From Azolla caroliniana (lineage: Eukaryota > Plantae > Polypodiophyta), in assembly GCA_043228905.1 (NCBI GenBank), contig JBHGNT010000020.1, forward strand, positions 4,340,001-4,404,000: a stretch of DNA of 64,000 nucleotides. The letters are read 5' to 3'. Below, piece by piece: positions 51,401 through 64,000 of the stretch (its first letter is position 1; every line of letters starts with the position of its first letter). The position numbers were made by a program, and so were the translations under genes. The notes under the pieces were generated by a model. It saw only the letters and a list, made by a program, of their open reading frames with translations, did not search any database and was not told where the DNA came from.

Positions 51401-51850
51401 CGTCGAATATCCGGATGTGCGATAAGTCCAGCTTCTTTCCGAAGTATTTTTCGTGCAGAGTGACCTCGTGCACGCCGGATGTTGTGCACCGGTTCATTAG
51501 GTAGACGACTGTATTTATAACTTCAACCCAGTATGACTTGGCCATATGCTTCTCGTTCATCATGCCCCACGCTACTTCGAGGATGTGCCGATTTTTGCAC
51601 TCGGCTACACCGTTTTGTTGCGGAGTGTGTCGGCAAGTGAATTCTCGCCAAATTCCTTCCTTTCGGAGATACGTCGTGAAATCGTTCGAGAAGTACTCCT
51701 TGCCGCCATCCGATCGAAGACATCGTACATGTCAGCCCATAGATTTCTTGACTTCATTCTTGAATGTTTGGAAGTGTCCTAACACTTCGCTCTTTTGCCG
51801 CATCGGGTAGATCCAAGTGTGCCTAGAGAAGTCATCGATGAAGAGCACGT

Positions 51851-52602
51851 TGTCGTGTTGTTACGCGCGTGCGTGGAGAAAGGCGGGACCACGGGGGTCT
51901 TGGACTAGGGAGTGACGGAGCATAGGAAGTTGCACTTCACCGTTTTCTGGGGCACCCCTGAAATGCACCGGAAGCAGCCGAAGAGAGAGAGGGAGTGAGA
52001 GAGCGTGCTTGACACCGACTCGCGCGCGCGCACACGCACACACACCCTCTTGTACAGGAAACGCAGGGGAGGAGGGGAGCACTCGACACCAACAAGACGC
52101 CAATATACACAGACAAACGCAAACGTATATGTATATATATATATATAAGAAGAATACACTCCCGGCTTTGAGCCGGACCAGGATAGTTTACAACAGTCGT
52201 CTGCTGTCAAGCCGTCGTCGGGGAGCTCTCGGGCTCGTCGCGCTGAGTGGGGTCTTGCACAGGAGATAAGCTGCAGCCAACCCTAAACGAACACGAAGGG
52301 GAAGAAGAAGAAGCAGAAGAAACCTAACCCTAAACCTACCGGTATACCCTCTAATCCAAAATGGGCAACCCTTTTACAAAGGGCGTTCCCTCCCTTTTAT
52401 AGAACAAGGAGAGGGATGCATTACAATGTGGGACAAATCCCGACTTTCATGGGATCGTCTGTCCGGACTTGACTACTCTTCGGCGCCATAAAGGTGCCCT
52501 CGATATTCACACCAAATGTACATGGGTGCGTACACACGCTGGACCCCGCCGATGTAGACAATGTTTCCCGGTTTTCGCCTATGGCCGAAATTCTTCACGA
52601 CA
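51851..52602 (-). mobile_element. Solo LTR (752 bp) related to family H, inserted in the integrase of element I
   Basis: Termini tgtcgtg...cacgaca and 4-bp TSD ACGT (51847-51850, 52603-52606). Shares ggggtcttggactagg with the H1 LTR (~36615). Confidence 0.88.
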
Positions 52603-52721
52603 ACGTAATATCGGCATCCGCCGAATGTAGCCGTCTATGCCGGTCCCCATACGTCGGAATGGACTACATCGAGTAGACCTTTGCTCACGTTCCGCTCTTT
52701 CGGGAATGGGTGTCGGTGTTG

Positions 52722-54289
52722 CTTGCCGAATTGGCACACTTCGCATACACCTTCAATCTCCTTCTCTTTGAATGTCGGGAGTCCGATGATAAGTCCTTTC
52801 GATTTCATTGTTTTGAGCTTTTGGAGATTTATATGGCCAATCCACTTGTGCCATAACTCTATGTCGGACTCGGCTTTCATGCCCTTTGCAAACATGGCCA
52901 ATTTCATCTCGTGTGAGTCGAGAATGAACATTCGGCCCTCTCTTCGTCCGCGTGCGATGAGTCGGCCCTCTTTTTCGATGAAGCAACCGCCTTGATTAAA
53001 TCGAACTTGCATCCCTTGCTCTACAATTTGGCCGACGGAGACCAAATTCTTCGTAATGGTTGGTACATGCAAGACATTTTTAATGTAATTTTGCTTACCT
53101 TCTTTTACGAACGGAACATTGCCGATGTGCTGAATTGGGTGCATAGTCTCGTCTCCGGTTTCAACATAACCGGGTCGCTCCGGCTCTCGAAGTTTGAGAA
53201 ACCATTCTTTATGGGATGTCATATGGTTTGAGGCGCCGGAGTCAACAAACCATACGTCCTCCGGATTGAGGGCACTAGTTGAGGTAGAGGCCGACATAGA
53301 GTTTGATCTATGTTTCATCATGAACATTCCGCCACGGTCGGAGTTGTATGCGTACATTCCGCCACGATCCTCGTAGTCGGAGTTGTGTCCGTACATTCCA
53401 CTATACTCTTTGTAGTCGGAATTGTGCGCGTAATTCGTGAGTTGTCGGATTGTGGAAGCCGATTCACGCATCTTCTTTCGGCACTCTTCTTCGTGGTGGC
53501 CGAGCTTGCCGAATTGGTACACTTCGCATACACCTTCAATGTCCTTCTCTTTGAATGTCGGGAGTCCGATCACGACTCCTTTCGATTTCATTGCTTTGAG
53601 TTTGTTGAGATTGATGTGGCTGATTCGCTTGTGCCATAGCTCTATGTCGGAATCGGCTTTCGTGCTTTTTGCGAACATGGCGGATTTCATCTCGTGTGAA
53701 TCGAGAATGAACATCCGACCCTCTCTTCTTCCGCGCGCGATGATTCGGCCCTCTTTTTTGATGAAGCACCCTTCTTGGTCGAATTGTACTTGCATCCCTT
53801 GCTCAACCATTTGTCCGACGGAGACCAAATTCTTCGTGATGGTGGGAACATGCAAGACATTTTTAATGTATGTTTGCTTACCTCTTTCGCCGAATGGAAC
53901 ATTGCCGATGTGCCGAATCGGGTGCGTAGTGTCATCTCCGGTTTCGACATAACCGGGTCGCTCCGGCTCTCGAAATTCGAGAAACCATTCTTGATGAGAT
54001 GTCATATGGTTTGAGGCTCCGGAGTCAACAAACCATACATCCTCCGGATTGAGGGCACTAGTTGAGGTAGAGGCCGACATAGAGTTTGCTCTATGTTTCA
54101 TCATGAACAATTCGCCACGGTCAGAGTTGTGTGCATACATTCCGCCACGATCTTCATAGTCGGAGTTGTGCTCGTATATTCCGCTATACTCTTCGTAGTC
54201 GGAATTGTGCCCGTAATTCGTGAGTTGTCGGCTTGTGGAAGCCGATTCGTGCATCTTCTTTCGGCACTCTTCTTCGTGGTGGCCGAGCT
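52722..54289 (-). repeat. 783-bp in-frame tandem duplication within the gag-pol of element I
   Basis: 52861 aligns with 53644 (period 783 = 261 codons). ORF 52635-54464 contains DSGASNHM twice. Confidence 0.93.
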
Positions 54290-57200
54290 TTCCGCAATAT
54301 CCGCATTCGGTTGCATTTTGACGGCTCAGGCCGGAGTGGAAGCTCCCCCTTCTTGCGAAGGTTCCTCGTTGGCTTCCGTTTTGCAGCCGAAATTGGGAGT
54401 TGTTGTCGTAGGTCGAACCTCGTCCGCCTTGTCCTTGGAGAATCGGCCTCTCACTCGTCCGCATCTTCTTCCTCCGTTTGAGTGCGTGTAGAGCATGTGG
54501 CCTTCCGACTCATTGCTCCTTGTACGCACGCGATTTTCTTTGACCAATAGCATTGATTGGAGCTCGAAGAAGGAGGGAGATTTCTCCGGTGCAAGAACAG
54601 CGGTTCGCATCGCGCCGAACCGTGGTGCGAGGCCGCCGAGGCATATTTGCACCATCTCATCATCATCAATATTTACGCTTATCGAGCCGAGCGAGTTACA
54701 AAGCTCGATCTTCGAGGTGTATGTCGTGATGGACATGTCCCTTTGTTGAATGTTGTTCAATTCTTGGCGGAGTTGAAGCCTTCTTGCGGTTGTGGTCGCT
54801 GCTAAAATCTTTTGTAGATTTTGCCATGCCTCCTTCGGCGCCTTGGCTTCACGAATGTAGCCGAGCATGTGATCGTGAACACATGTTGCCAAGCAATACA
54901 TCACGCGGCTTGCGGCCTGCTCCCATGTCGCGTATCCGGGAGCCGCTTCGGCGGGTCCGTCTTCGTGCTCTCCTTTGATGTAGCTCCAATAGCCTTGTCC
55001 GACAAGGTATTGGTGCATCTTGTACTCCCAAGATGCGAAGTTGTTTCGATCCAACTTCTCGGTAGGGAGAGCGCTCCCCATTTGAGTATTCATTATGTTG
55101 ATTCTTCTTCTTCTTCTTCTCTCTTCGAATGCGAGCTATGTAGCGAAGCTACGATAACGATGAGCCGGATCTTCTTGAACGTCAACGTAGAGCTCAACAC
55201 ACGCGAATGGGCTAGATGGAGCTACCAAATCGCTCTGATACCATGTAAATAATCATGTATGATTCTTGTGTAGCGGAATAGGTGTGAACTGTGTGTGTGT
55301 GTGTGTATGAGAGAGAGAGAGTGAGTGAGTGAGAGAGACGAGTAGTAAGACACAGAGAATACGCAAGGTAAAGTATATTAACAAAGGAGAAAGACTCAAC
55401 GACATACAAGGTGGGAGGAGGGTGCTTTATATAGTCACCTTCTCTCTTCATTAACTACAAGGCTCATGTAGCATGGGGAATGTGAAAGCTCATAAGTTAT
55501 GTGTCATAGAATATGATTCTATGACTCATACTAAATGCTAGAATACAAAGAGGTGACTTAATGGTGACTCTTGACCGTTGGAGTGTCTATTCACTCTCAA
55601 GGTGAGTTCACACACTAGACCAAGTTGAGCTTGATTCTCAACAGTAGTGTTGTACCAAATCGTTGTATTTTGTGTTTTCTTCATTAGCGTATTCTTTGTG
55701 CGAGATAAACCGTGTAAGCGTGTTTGCGTAAAGGTTACTTATTTGAGCAAAGGAGGTCGGTTTAGTCATCTCCTTAATTCCCTTTCCCCTAAGCTTATGC
55801 CACGCTACATATTACCCTCACAACCATTCATGATAGCCGGTATACGCTCCATTTCCTGCACCCCAATCTTCTTGAGTTGTACCTAGACGGACTGAGGGTA
55901 GCCCGTGTTTACCCTAGCCGGTAACACTTTTGGCATGCCTGGTGATCTGTGATTTTCACAGCCGAACATCAGGGAATGGATGTCTGACTGCCGAAGCAGC
56001 AAAGAACTAGTTCGTCAAGTTCGACGACACACCCAGGCCGAAACCAGAGGGCAGTAGAACGCGTTGCGCAGAAAGCACGCCTCAACAACTGCTTGCCAGA
56101 TTTTTTGGAGAGTATAGTACGCGAGTCAACGCTCACTTAACAAAGCAGGATTGGGTAGGAGGTCCTATCCCACTTCACCACCGTAGTGAAACCACCAGCT
56201 CAACACACACCTCCCCACACCGCGTTGACAGTAGTTATCCCACCTCTAGACAATATATTGCGATGGCTTTCTCGTACCCTCTCTTCACTGGAGAAACCGA
56301 CACTGAAGGTCACGCTTGGTCGTTCCTAAATGTTTGGATTGCCAACCATGTATCGTAGAGGCTCCCGGAAGCTGAAGCTCACGCTTCCAAAATCGTGGAC
56401 TTTGGCCTGACCTTCGATGGACATGCCGCCCATTGGCATGCCCAACTCGATATTGTGGCTTTTGCCTCCTTCGACCAACTCCAGTCAGCGTTTTTACGCT
56501 TCTTTCATCGAAGCATTCCGCAACGTGAAATTATCAACCAGTTCTACTCTATTTGGTAGCTTCAACAAGAGACCGTCGTTGACTTCAACCTACGATTCCA
56601 GAATCTAAGGCGCCAGCTAACGAGAGCTCCCACGGAAGACGAGGCCAAAGAAACGTTCTTGGTTGCTTTGTGCCGACCCTTGTGGACGCCATTGGGAATG
56701 CAAAACTTTACAGGACAGATGGCAGACATGGTCATTGAACGGGCTTTACCGATGGAATTAGAGGACGAAGATGATATCATATCCATGACGTCATTACGAT
56801 AGGCATTATCCTGGGATGAGGAGTATCGTTTCCGGCAGGTTGTGCAGTGTACGATATGCCTGAATCCGGGACATTCGGTGGTCGACTGCAACATGCGGGC
56901 CCACTTCCCTATCTGTCACTCTCGGGCCATACGACAAGTGGCCAACCAGACTCATCCGGAACATGGAGATTACAACGGGGGGCATACATTTCTGATATCC
57001 GCGGTAGTCCTGCAACTCAACGTGCAAGGAGCTTATCCCCTATTATTAGGGAGACCATGCTAAGGATGGCACATATAAAGCAAAATTGGAAGAAGAACGT
57101 CATTATCTTCCGTAGAGGAAAGACGAAAGTGCGGGTCCCGACCCAACCATGTGCGGGTACCAGTAAAGAGCTAACACCACTATATGTAGAGAGCATAAAC

Positions 57201-57995
57201 ATGTTGGACGGATTAGTAGACAATGAAGTCGAACAGTACGTAGATGAACATCTGAAGACAGTTCCGTTATTTGAAGTAGATGTCGTCGAAGTCGTCATAC
57301 CATACGTCGTGCACATAGAGGAAGTCCTTAATGAGCTGAATCGGGAGGCGATCCGAGAACTGCCACAAGCACAGGAATCGCTAGAACGGGAAATGGCGGT
57401 ATCTCAACGAGTGAAGGCATCTCGGCTAGAAGAGGTGAACCTTGGGACTGGCGAAGCACCAAGAGTAGTGTACGTGGCAAAAGAAATGCCCTTGGATGAG
57501 AAGAAGGCAACAATTGAACTACTCAAAGAATTTCGAGATGTGTTCGCCTGGTCATACGAAGATATGCGAGGGCTGGATCCCCAACTGTACCAGCATCAAA
57601 TACACCTCAGCAAGGACACGAAACCGGTAGCATAGCGACGGTACCGGATGAACTTGAATTATACAGCTAGAGTCAAAGAAGAAATTGACAAGCTCCTGAG
57701 GGTCGGGTTTATTCGACTAATGAAACAAGCTACATGGCTAAGTTTGATTGTGGTCGTCCCAAAGAAGAATGGCAAGATTCGGGTCTATGTGGACTATCGA
57801 AAGTTGACTGTGACAGTAACAGACGCATTTCCGTTGCCATTCACAGATGGGGTGCTAGACGTAGTAGCTGGTCATGAGGTATACAACTTTTTGGACTGAT
57901 TTAGTGGCTATAATCAAATCCGGATGCACCCAGCCGATTAGGAGAAAACGACGTTCGTTATGGAATGGGGAGTGTTCGTCGTGGTAGTAATGATG

Positions 57996-58077
57996 TGTTG
58001 GGGACAAGGCCGTCAATGCGGAAGTGCAAGCAACATTTGTGATGAAGGAATCTGTGTATGCATGAGCAAGATAGACA

Positions 58078-58160
<83 letters not shown>

Positions 58161-61100
58161 CACAAACAATCAGTTATATTGCAATAGCAATCGTTACAAA
58201 TGACAACCAACCTCCACTAAAGGTTACAAAGTCCCTTTATATAGTGACTATCCTAGGGCAACTGCCCTTTATGCTATTTACAAAAATAGCCCGAACTTGG
58301 GTTGTCCAAAGGGACAATGTGAATACGGCCATTATACACTCGTATTCGACACTCCCCGGTAATGGGCGTATACATGGGTTATCTTAAAGAATTATAGGTA
58401 TATATACAAGGTTTATTGGACATATCGGTTTTGTGAAAGTCGGCAAGGTCCGAAGACAGAAGACTGAATAGGTCGGGTCGGAAGAGCTAAAGCCGATCCT
58501 CAGAGAACCGATGTCGGTGGTCCGAAACCATCCTGTGCTATGTGTCCGACTTTAATCAGACCAATTTTTCGTTACGCCCATCTGGTGCCGAAGGGACCGG
58601 AAACGATCCGCTGAAAGACACTTGGCCATTCCATCTGCGACATTATCGGTTGTGGATATCTTCTCGAGACCGATTTTCCTTGAAATGACGCAGTCCCGAA
58701 CGAAGTGATATCGAACGTCGATATGCTTAGAGGCGTTGTGGTGAACCAGTTTTTTTGACAAAGCAACAACACCCTAACTGTCGCTGTAGACAACTGGAGC
58801 CGAGTCGGAGTCGCCCTGTCGAAACATGTGCGCCAGCCGACCGAGCCATAAAGCTTCTTTTGCCGCGTTGGACACAACTACATATTCCACTTCGGTCGTT
58901 GAGGTGGTTGTGCACTCCTGAAGTTTCGACTTCCACGAGATTGCTCCATTGCCGAATTTGAAACAGTATCCGGTTGTTGATTTTTGATTGTCCACACAGC
59001 CGGCGAAGTCCAAGTCGGTGTAATTGACTACGCTTGAGGTTGAGTTCAGGCCAAAAAGAAAGTCGTGGTCTTTTGTGCCAGTTAGGTATTTGAACACATG
59101 CTTGACTGCGTTCTAGTGCAATCGGGGTTGTGCATGAATCTGTTGACGACTCCTACGACGTGAGAAATATCAGGCCATGTTGTGACCATCGCGTACATGA
59201 GGGAGCCGACTACCGGTGCATACGGTACCAACTTCATATCTTCCCCCTCTGGACCGGATGTCGGGCAGTCTCGCTGAGATAGCCGAAGGTTGATGGGGAG
59301 CGGGGTTGAAGCACACTTGGCCGAGTGCATGTTGAAGCGTTCTAGGACACGTCCGATGTAGTCGGTTTGAGACAAGAAAAGTTGTCGTGTATCGCGATGT
59401 CGACTAATCTTGATACCGAGTATGTGTCGTGCCGGACTGAGGTCCTTCATGGCAAACTTCAACCGCAGTTTCCGAACGAGTTCGGTGAACTCTCTAGCAT
59501 GCCGTCCGGAGAGGAGCATGTCATCCACGTAGATGATGAGGAAGACGGGAGACCCGTCTTGAGCTATTTTGGTGAAGAGAAAGTGGTTCTCATCGCTCTT
59601 TGAGAAGCCGACCGATTGGATGAAGTCGTCGAACTTCTTGTACCACTGTTGGGGTGCCTGTTTCAGGCTGTAGAGACTCTTCTTGAGTCGGCAAACTAGA
59701 TGTTCCTGGCCGGATGCCACAAAGCCTTTCGACTGCTCCATATAGATTTCCTCCTGTAGGTCACTGTGGAGGAATGCCGTTTTTACATCTAGTTGAATCA
59801 ACTCCAAGTTGTCGGCGGCCACGACGTCGAGCATGAAACGAAGGGTCGTCATTTTCACCACAGGTGAAAAGATTTCGTCGAAGTCGACGCCAGATTCTTG
59901 TCGAAAACCTTTCGCAACTAATCTAGCCTTGTACTTTGGGGTGGTCGAGTCGGACGTCTCTTTTAGTCGATAGACCCACTTGCATGGAAGAGCACGTCGA
60001 TTCTTCGGCAATTCAACCAGGTCCCAAGTCTTGTTTGCCCGAATGGAGTGCATTTCCGATTCCATTGCCAGATGCCATGTGGCTGAATCGGCAGATGCCG
60101 ATGCTTCTTCGTAAGACGTCGGTTAACTAGCGTCAGTAAAGAAAATTTCGGGAGAGTACCTTTCCGGAGGTTGCGACATTCTCTCGGATCTGCGAGGTAT
60201 GACTGGATTAGTCGCGCCGGGTGTCGATGTCGGATGGTCGGGAGCCGAGCCATTCGGCTATGCCAAATTGGTGGATTCGGTGCGAGAGTTGTCGGTTACC
60301 CGTGAAACCGATCTCGTGTTGTGGGTTGGGCCATCATGAAGGGTTGGCAGTTCGGAAAATATTACCCTTCGGACTTCAATAGGCCTTTCGGCCGTTTTAT
60401 GCATAGCCGACTCATTGAACACGACGTTTGAAATTCGGATGATTTGTCTGTGCTCGAGATCCTAGAGTCGTTATCCGATCTCGCCGTCGAGTCCATATCC
60501 AAGAAAAGTACATTTCCTTGACCTTGGTTCGAGTTTCCGGCAGTCGTCTTTCGATATGAGAGCATACACCTCGCAACCGAAGATCCTCAGTTTGTCATAA
60601 TTCGGCTTACTGCCGGTCCATATTTCCTGAGGTATTTGAAGTCCTAGAGGTCTACTTGGCGACATATTTATTATGTATACTGCCATAAGTAGAGCCTCCG
60701 CCCAAAAGCCATTCGACAGTCTGGAGTGTTCGAGCATGGATACTACACGTTCTTGAATCGTCCGATTCATGCGTTCAGCAATTCCGTTCTGCTTCGGACT
60801 ATAGGGTGCCGTATATTCACGTTGAAGGCCACGTTCCTGGCAAAATTTGACGAATTCTTCAGACTTGAATTCTCCTGCATTGTTGGTTCGAAGACATTTC
60901 AGTTTCGGACCGGTCTCATTTTCAACCATTGCAATCCATTCAGAGAAGATTGAGAACACCCAATCTTTGGTTCTGATGGGGTAAGCCCACACCTTCCGAG
61001 TCGAGTCGTCAATAAAACTGACGAAGTACGAAGCACCACCGAGAGACTGATGTGGCATCGGACCACAGACGTCCGAGTGGACCAAATCGAGGGGACTCGA

Positions 61101-63178
61101 TTCTCTTGGTGCTGATGGCGGGTGTGATGTGGCTACCTGTTTGCCATACTGGCAATGCTCCCAGAATTGGTGATCCGAGAAGGAGAGTTTGGGGATGTAA
61201 CCGGCTCTGGATAGGTGTGTTATGTCGGCCTTGCTAAGGTGTCCAAGTCGTCCGTGCCATAACGATGACACGGGGATATCAACCAAAAAGAAGTCACCCT
61301 CTTTGAGTGTGACATATAAAGGATACAAGGAATGTACCTTTGGTCCTCGAGCAAGCAGGAGATTCCCTTTGTGGAGTGTCCACCCTCCTGATGAGAATCC
61401 GGCATGGATGCCGGCTTTGTCTAGTTGTCCGACTGAGATCAAGGGTCTTGAAAGCTTAGGAACGTGTCGGACGTTGTGTAGTATGAGTGTAGAGACTCCC
61501 GGAAGATTGAGCTCTACGGTGCCGATTCCAATTATAGCACAGTGCTGCGAGTTTCCGACTCGAACTGAGTCGGAGTGCTGGTCCGAGTATTGCCGAAACT
61601 GAGATTGGTGAAGTGTCACATGATACGATGCGCCCGAGTCCAGGAGCCATGTGCTCGATTCCTCAGTTGTAAGCAGAACTTCTGATTCGATTGGGTTCTC
61701 TATGGACAATATGTTCGGGTCGGTCGTCAAAATTTCGGCTGAAGAGCCGACGTAGTTGACCTCCTCATGCCGGCTACTCTTATGATCCGCTCTCTGAGCT
61801 ATGTCGGTTTTTGCTTTGAGTGCTCGACAATCGGCTTTGATGTGTCCCAATTTCTTGTAGTAGTTGCAGATTCGGTTGTCCCGGGACTTGCTCCGGCTTC
61901 ACTGATTGTTCGATGGTCAGGAAGAACTTCTTCCCCGGTTGTTCGATCGGTCGGTCGAACCTTGTACTACGTAAGCTTCATCTGCCGAGTCTTTGGTGAA
62001 AGACTTTCTCCGAGCTACTTCAGTCAGGATTGCGCTCGTGACTTCGGAGTACTTAACTGCAGTTGTTGAAGCATTGCACACGGTTGTAACGAAAGTTTCC
62101 CATGAAGAAGGGAGACTACTCATGAGTATCATTGCTCTGAGTTCATCCTCGATTGCCGTCCCCTGAGACGAGATTTGGGAGCTTATGCTTTCGTACTAGT
62201 TGAGGTGTGCTTGAACCGAATCGGATTCTTTCATCCGTAAGTTGTAGAGGCGCCGGATCAGATACATGTTCGTTGCAGCAACCTTCTTTTCATAAGTTTC
62301 CGACAGTGTTTTCCAAAGTTCAAACGTTGTTGTGCATGATTGCACTGTGAAGTACACTGACTCCGACAAGTGCATCCGAATCGTGGCGCGGACGATTCTG
62401 TCCAGCTTTAGCCACTCGTTTGCCTTGTATACTTCTGGAGGATTTTCATTCTCAATCGGGTCTATCTGACCCTTGATTATGAGATAGTCCTGCATTTGTT
62501 CCTTCCAGAAGTTGAAGTTCGAACCGTCGAACCTCCTTACACTCATCTCCGATGATTCGGATGTTGATGCCATCTGCTTCGGTTTCAGTTGGTAAGACTC
62601 AGTTCGGAGTTGACTACGAACCTTAGTGGGGTGCAGCCGGTCGGCTCACCCGATATTGTTCTAGTCGGTTTTGAACCCGAGTCGGTTTCGTTTCAGATAC
62701 TTGTTGCTGAACTTGCTCGGAGTGACTCCGGTAACTTGAGGGACAGAACCAGCTGGTCTTCCCGAATGTTGCCGAGTCGGAGTGAGCCCGGATAGCTTCC
62801 GATTGTATGCCGAATACCGATTACATGAAACCGATTGTTTGGGCCGATTCTGCTTCGGATGACTGTGTCGATGAGAGGGACGGATCCAACTGATCCTCCC
62901 AAATGTCGATCAACTGAGTGAAGCACGAAGTGGTTGGTTGTTGCTCAAGGAGCTCCCCTCAAGCGGTTACAATCACAGGAATAGAGTACAACCGACTAGC
63001 TTACTCCAATTTGTGATTAAACATAGTGAGATGCGAATTTTTTGTTTTTCTTCTCCCTTCTCTGTTCTTCAAAGAAAACGAAAACAGAATGTTGTGTTGT
63101 GCGATGACGGCGAGCAGCGGGTTGAAGAACCTCCAACACTCTGATACCAAATGTTGGCGACAAGGCCGTCAATGCGGA
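57996..63178 (-). mobile_element. Copia element F2, near full length, with its 5' LTR truncated
   Basis: 3' LTR 57996-58351 contains a long (AG)n at 58084-58159; PPT at 58352. RH, RT 59082-60065 (YVDD), PR-INT 60471-61850, gag from 62573. PBS 63138-63149. Only about 27 bp of the 5' LTR remain (63152-63178). Confidence 0.92.
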
Positions 63179-64000
63179 CCGGTGCGAGTATAACCTGCTA
63201 AACCGACAACCACCACCCGTCCGACGGATTGAGCCAAGAAGTAGCCGAGACGAAGATGAAGATCGTTGGCAAAGAATGAACCGGTACCAACCGGCACAGG
63301 ATGTCCGGTACGGAGACAGACAAGAGAATGATGGCCGGTACGGGGATCGGCATGATAACTACGACCGGTATGAGCGATCGGACCGTTATCGGGAGTCCAA
63401 CAGACGACACGAGCAATACGACAGAGACCATTCCCCTGGTTACCGAAGGCACCAGGAGGACTACGGCCGATTTTACGATCCACCACGACAGGACTACCGA
63501 AATAAAAATAAGAATAATAAGAAACGTAATTTCAAGAAAGGTGGTCACACTAGGGACCCGGAAAATGGAACCCCAAGGAGCCAACCGGCACAGAACGCAC
63601 CACTCACTACGGGACCGACTCCGGCTACCAGCAATGCTGAATCCAGCAATACCCGTAAAGAGTACTGCTACTACTGCAGGCAGGAAGGCCACTACAGTAA
63701 CCAGTGCCCGGCAAAGAGCTACGATAAACGACCAGCAGTTAATATGGTGGTTCCGGAAGTGGCGGATGTACAGCAAGTAACCACACGGTCGAAAGGCATG
63801 GCCAAAGAGTGGGAAACACAAGAGGCCATACGAAAACAGGCAACGGAATGGGTGAAGGAAGCCAATGAAAGGAACGTCGCGGACGCGGAACGGCAAAAGG
63901 CGAATACCATAGGGAGTGCCGGCGGTAGCCACGCAGAAAACGAGACATGGCAAGCGCTGCAAGAATGTCAGATCACGTTGCCATTAGGAAGACTCTTGCA
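63179..64000 (+). pseudogene. Ty3/gypsy-type gag C-terminal fragment (element K)
   Basis: Frame reads CYYCRQEGHYSNQCP (CCHC knuckle, ~63666-63710), then VNMV...QVTTRSKG..KEWETQEAIRKQATEWV; it runs off the window. Confidence 0.7.

Larger units (their letters stand above)
48655..55643 (-). mobile_element. Copia element I (B family), two LTRs
   Basis: TSD GTAGT at 48650-48654 and 55644-55648. 5' LTR 55244-55643, PBS 55232-55243, 3' LTR 48655-49046, PPT 49047-49058. Gag 55093, duplicated PR, INT, RT (YVDD), RH. Confidence 0.95.
48451..57995 (+). mobile_element. Ty3/gypsy element J, with its LTR split by element I and its RT broken by F2
   Basis: LTR parts 48451-48654 and 55649-55926. PBS tggcatgcctggtg at 55931-55944 resembles the complement of tRNA-Arg(UCU). 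Gag with CTICLNPGHSVVDC, protease remnant YPLLLGRP, RT start (DVFAWSYEDMRG; VVVPKKNGKIRVYVDYRKL). Confidence 0.8.

Noticed and set aside
51851-52602. Retrozyme, suggested by the 4-bp TSD and lack of coding capacity
   Set aside because: No CTGANGA/GAAA hammerhead core was seen by eye; a covariance-model search would settle it.
63198-63962. 254-aa hydrophobic minus-strand ORF as an env-like or membrane protein
   Set aside because: It is the antisense of an A-rich gag region carrying a CCHC knuckle on the plus strand.

Overview
This is eukaryotic plant-type DNA, probably from a fern or other non-seed plant; that lineage is inferred from the element types and not proven. The only host gene is exon 1 of a penta-EF-hand Ca2+-binding protein (CML49/CML50/ALG-2-like) on the minus strand at 2645-3170; its first intron runs off the left edge and holds decayed copia, LINE and gypsy remnants. 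From 3397 to the end is a deeply nested transposon block. It holds about 10 Ty1/copia copies (tRNA-iMet PBS), three of them bracketed by 5-bp TSDs, plus four solo LTRs with TSDs, gypsy fragments and a hAT-type MITE. It also holds a tRNA-Trp-primed, pol-less LTR element arranged both head-to-head and in tandem. Top finding: a 5'-truncated Penelope-like retroelement (RT with YIDD, no C-terminal GIY-YIG) carrying a minimal type I hammerhead ribozyme at 26346-26397. Also notable: a copia element whose two LTRs share U3 but differ in R-U5 and which carries an in-frame 783-bp duplicated protease segment, and a 77-bp-arm foldback at a rearrangement junction. All retroelement ORFs are broken by stops or frameshifts. 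Letter names (A-K) are my own labels. Coordinates were read by eye and may be off by a few bases.
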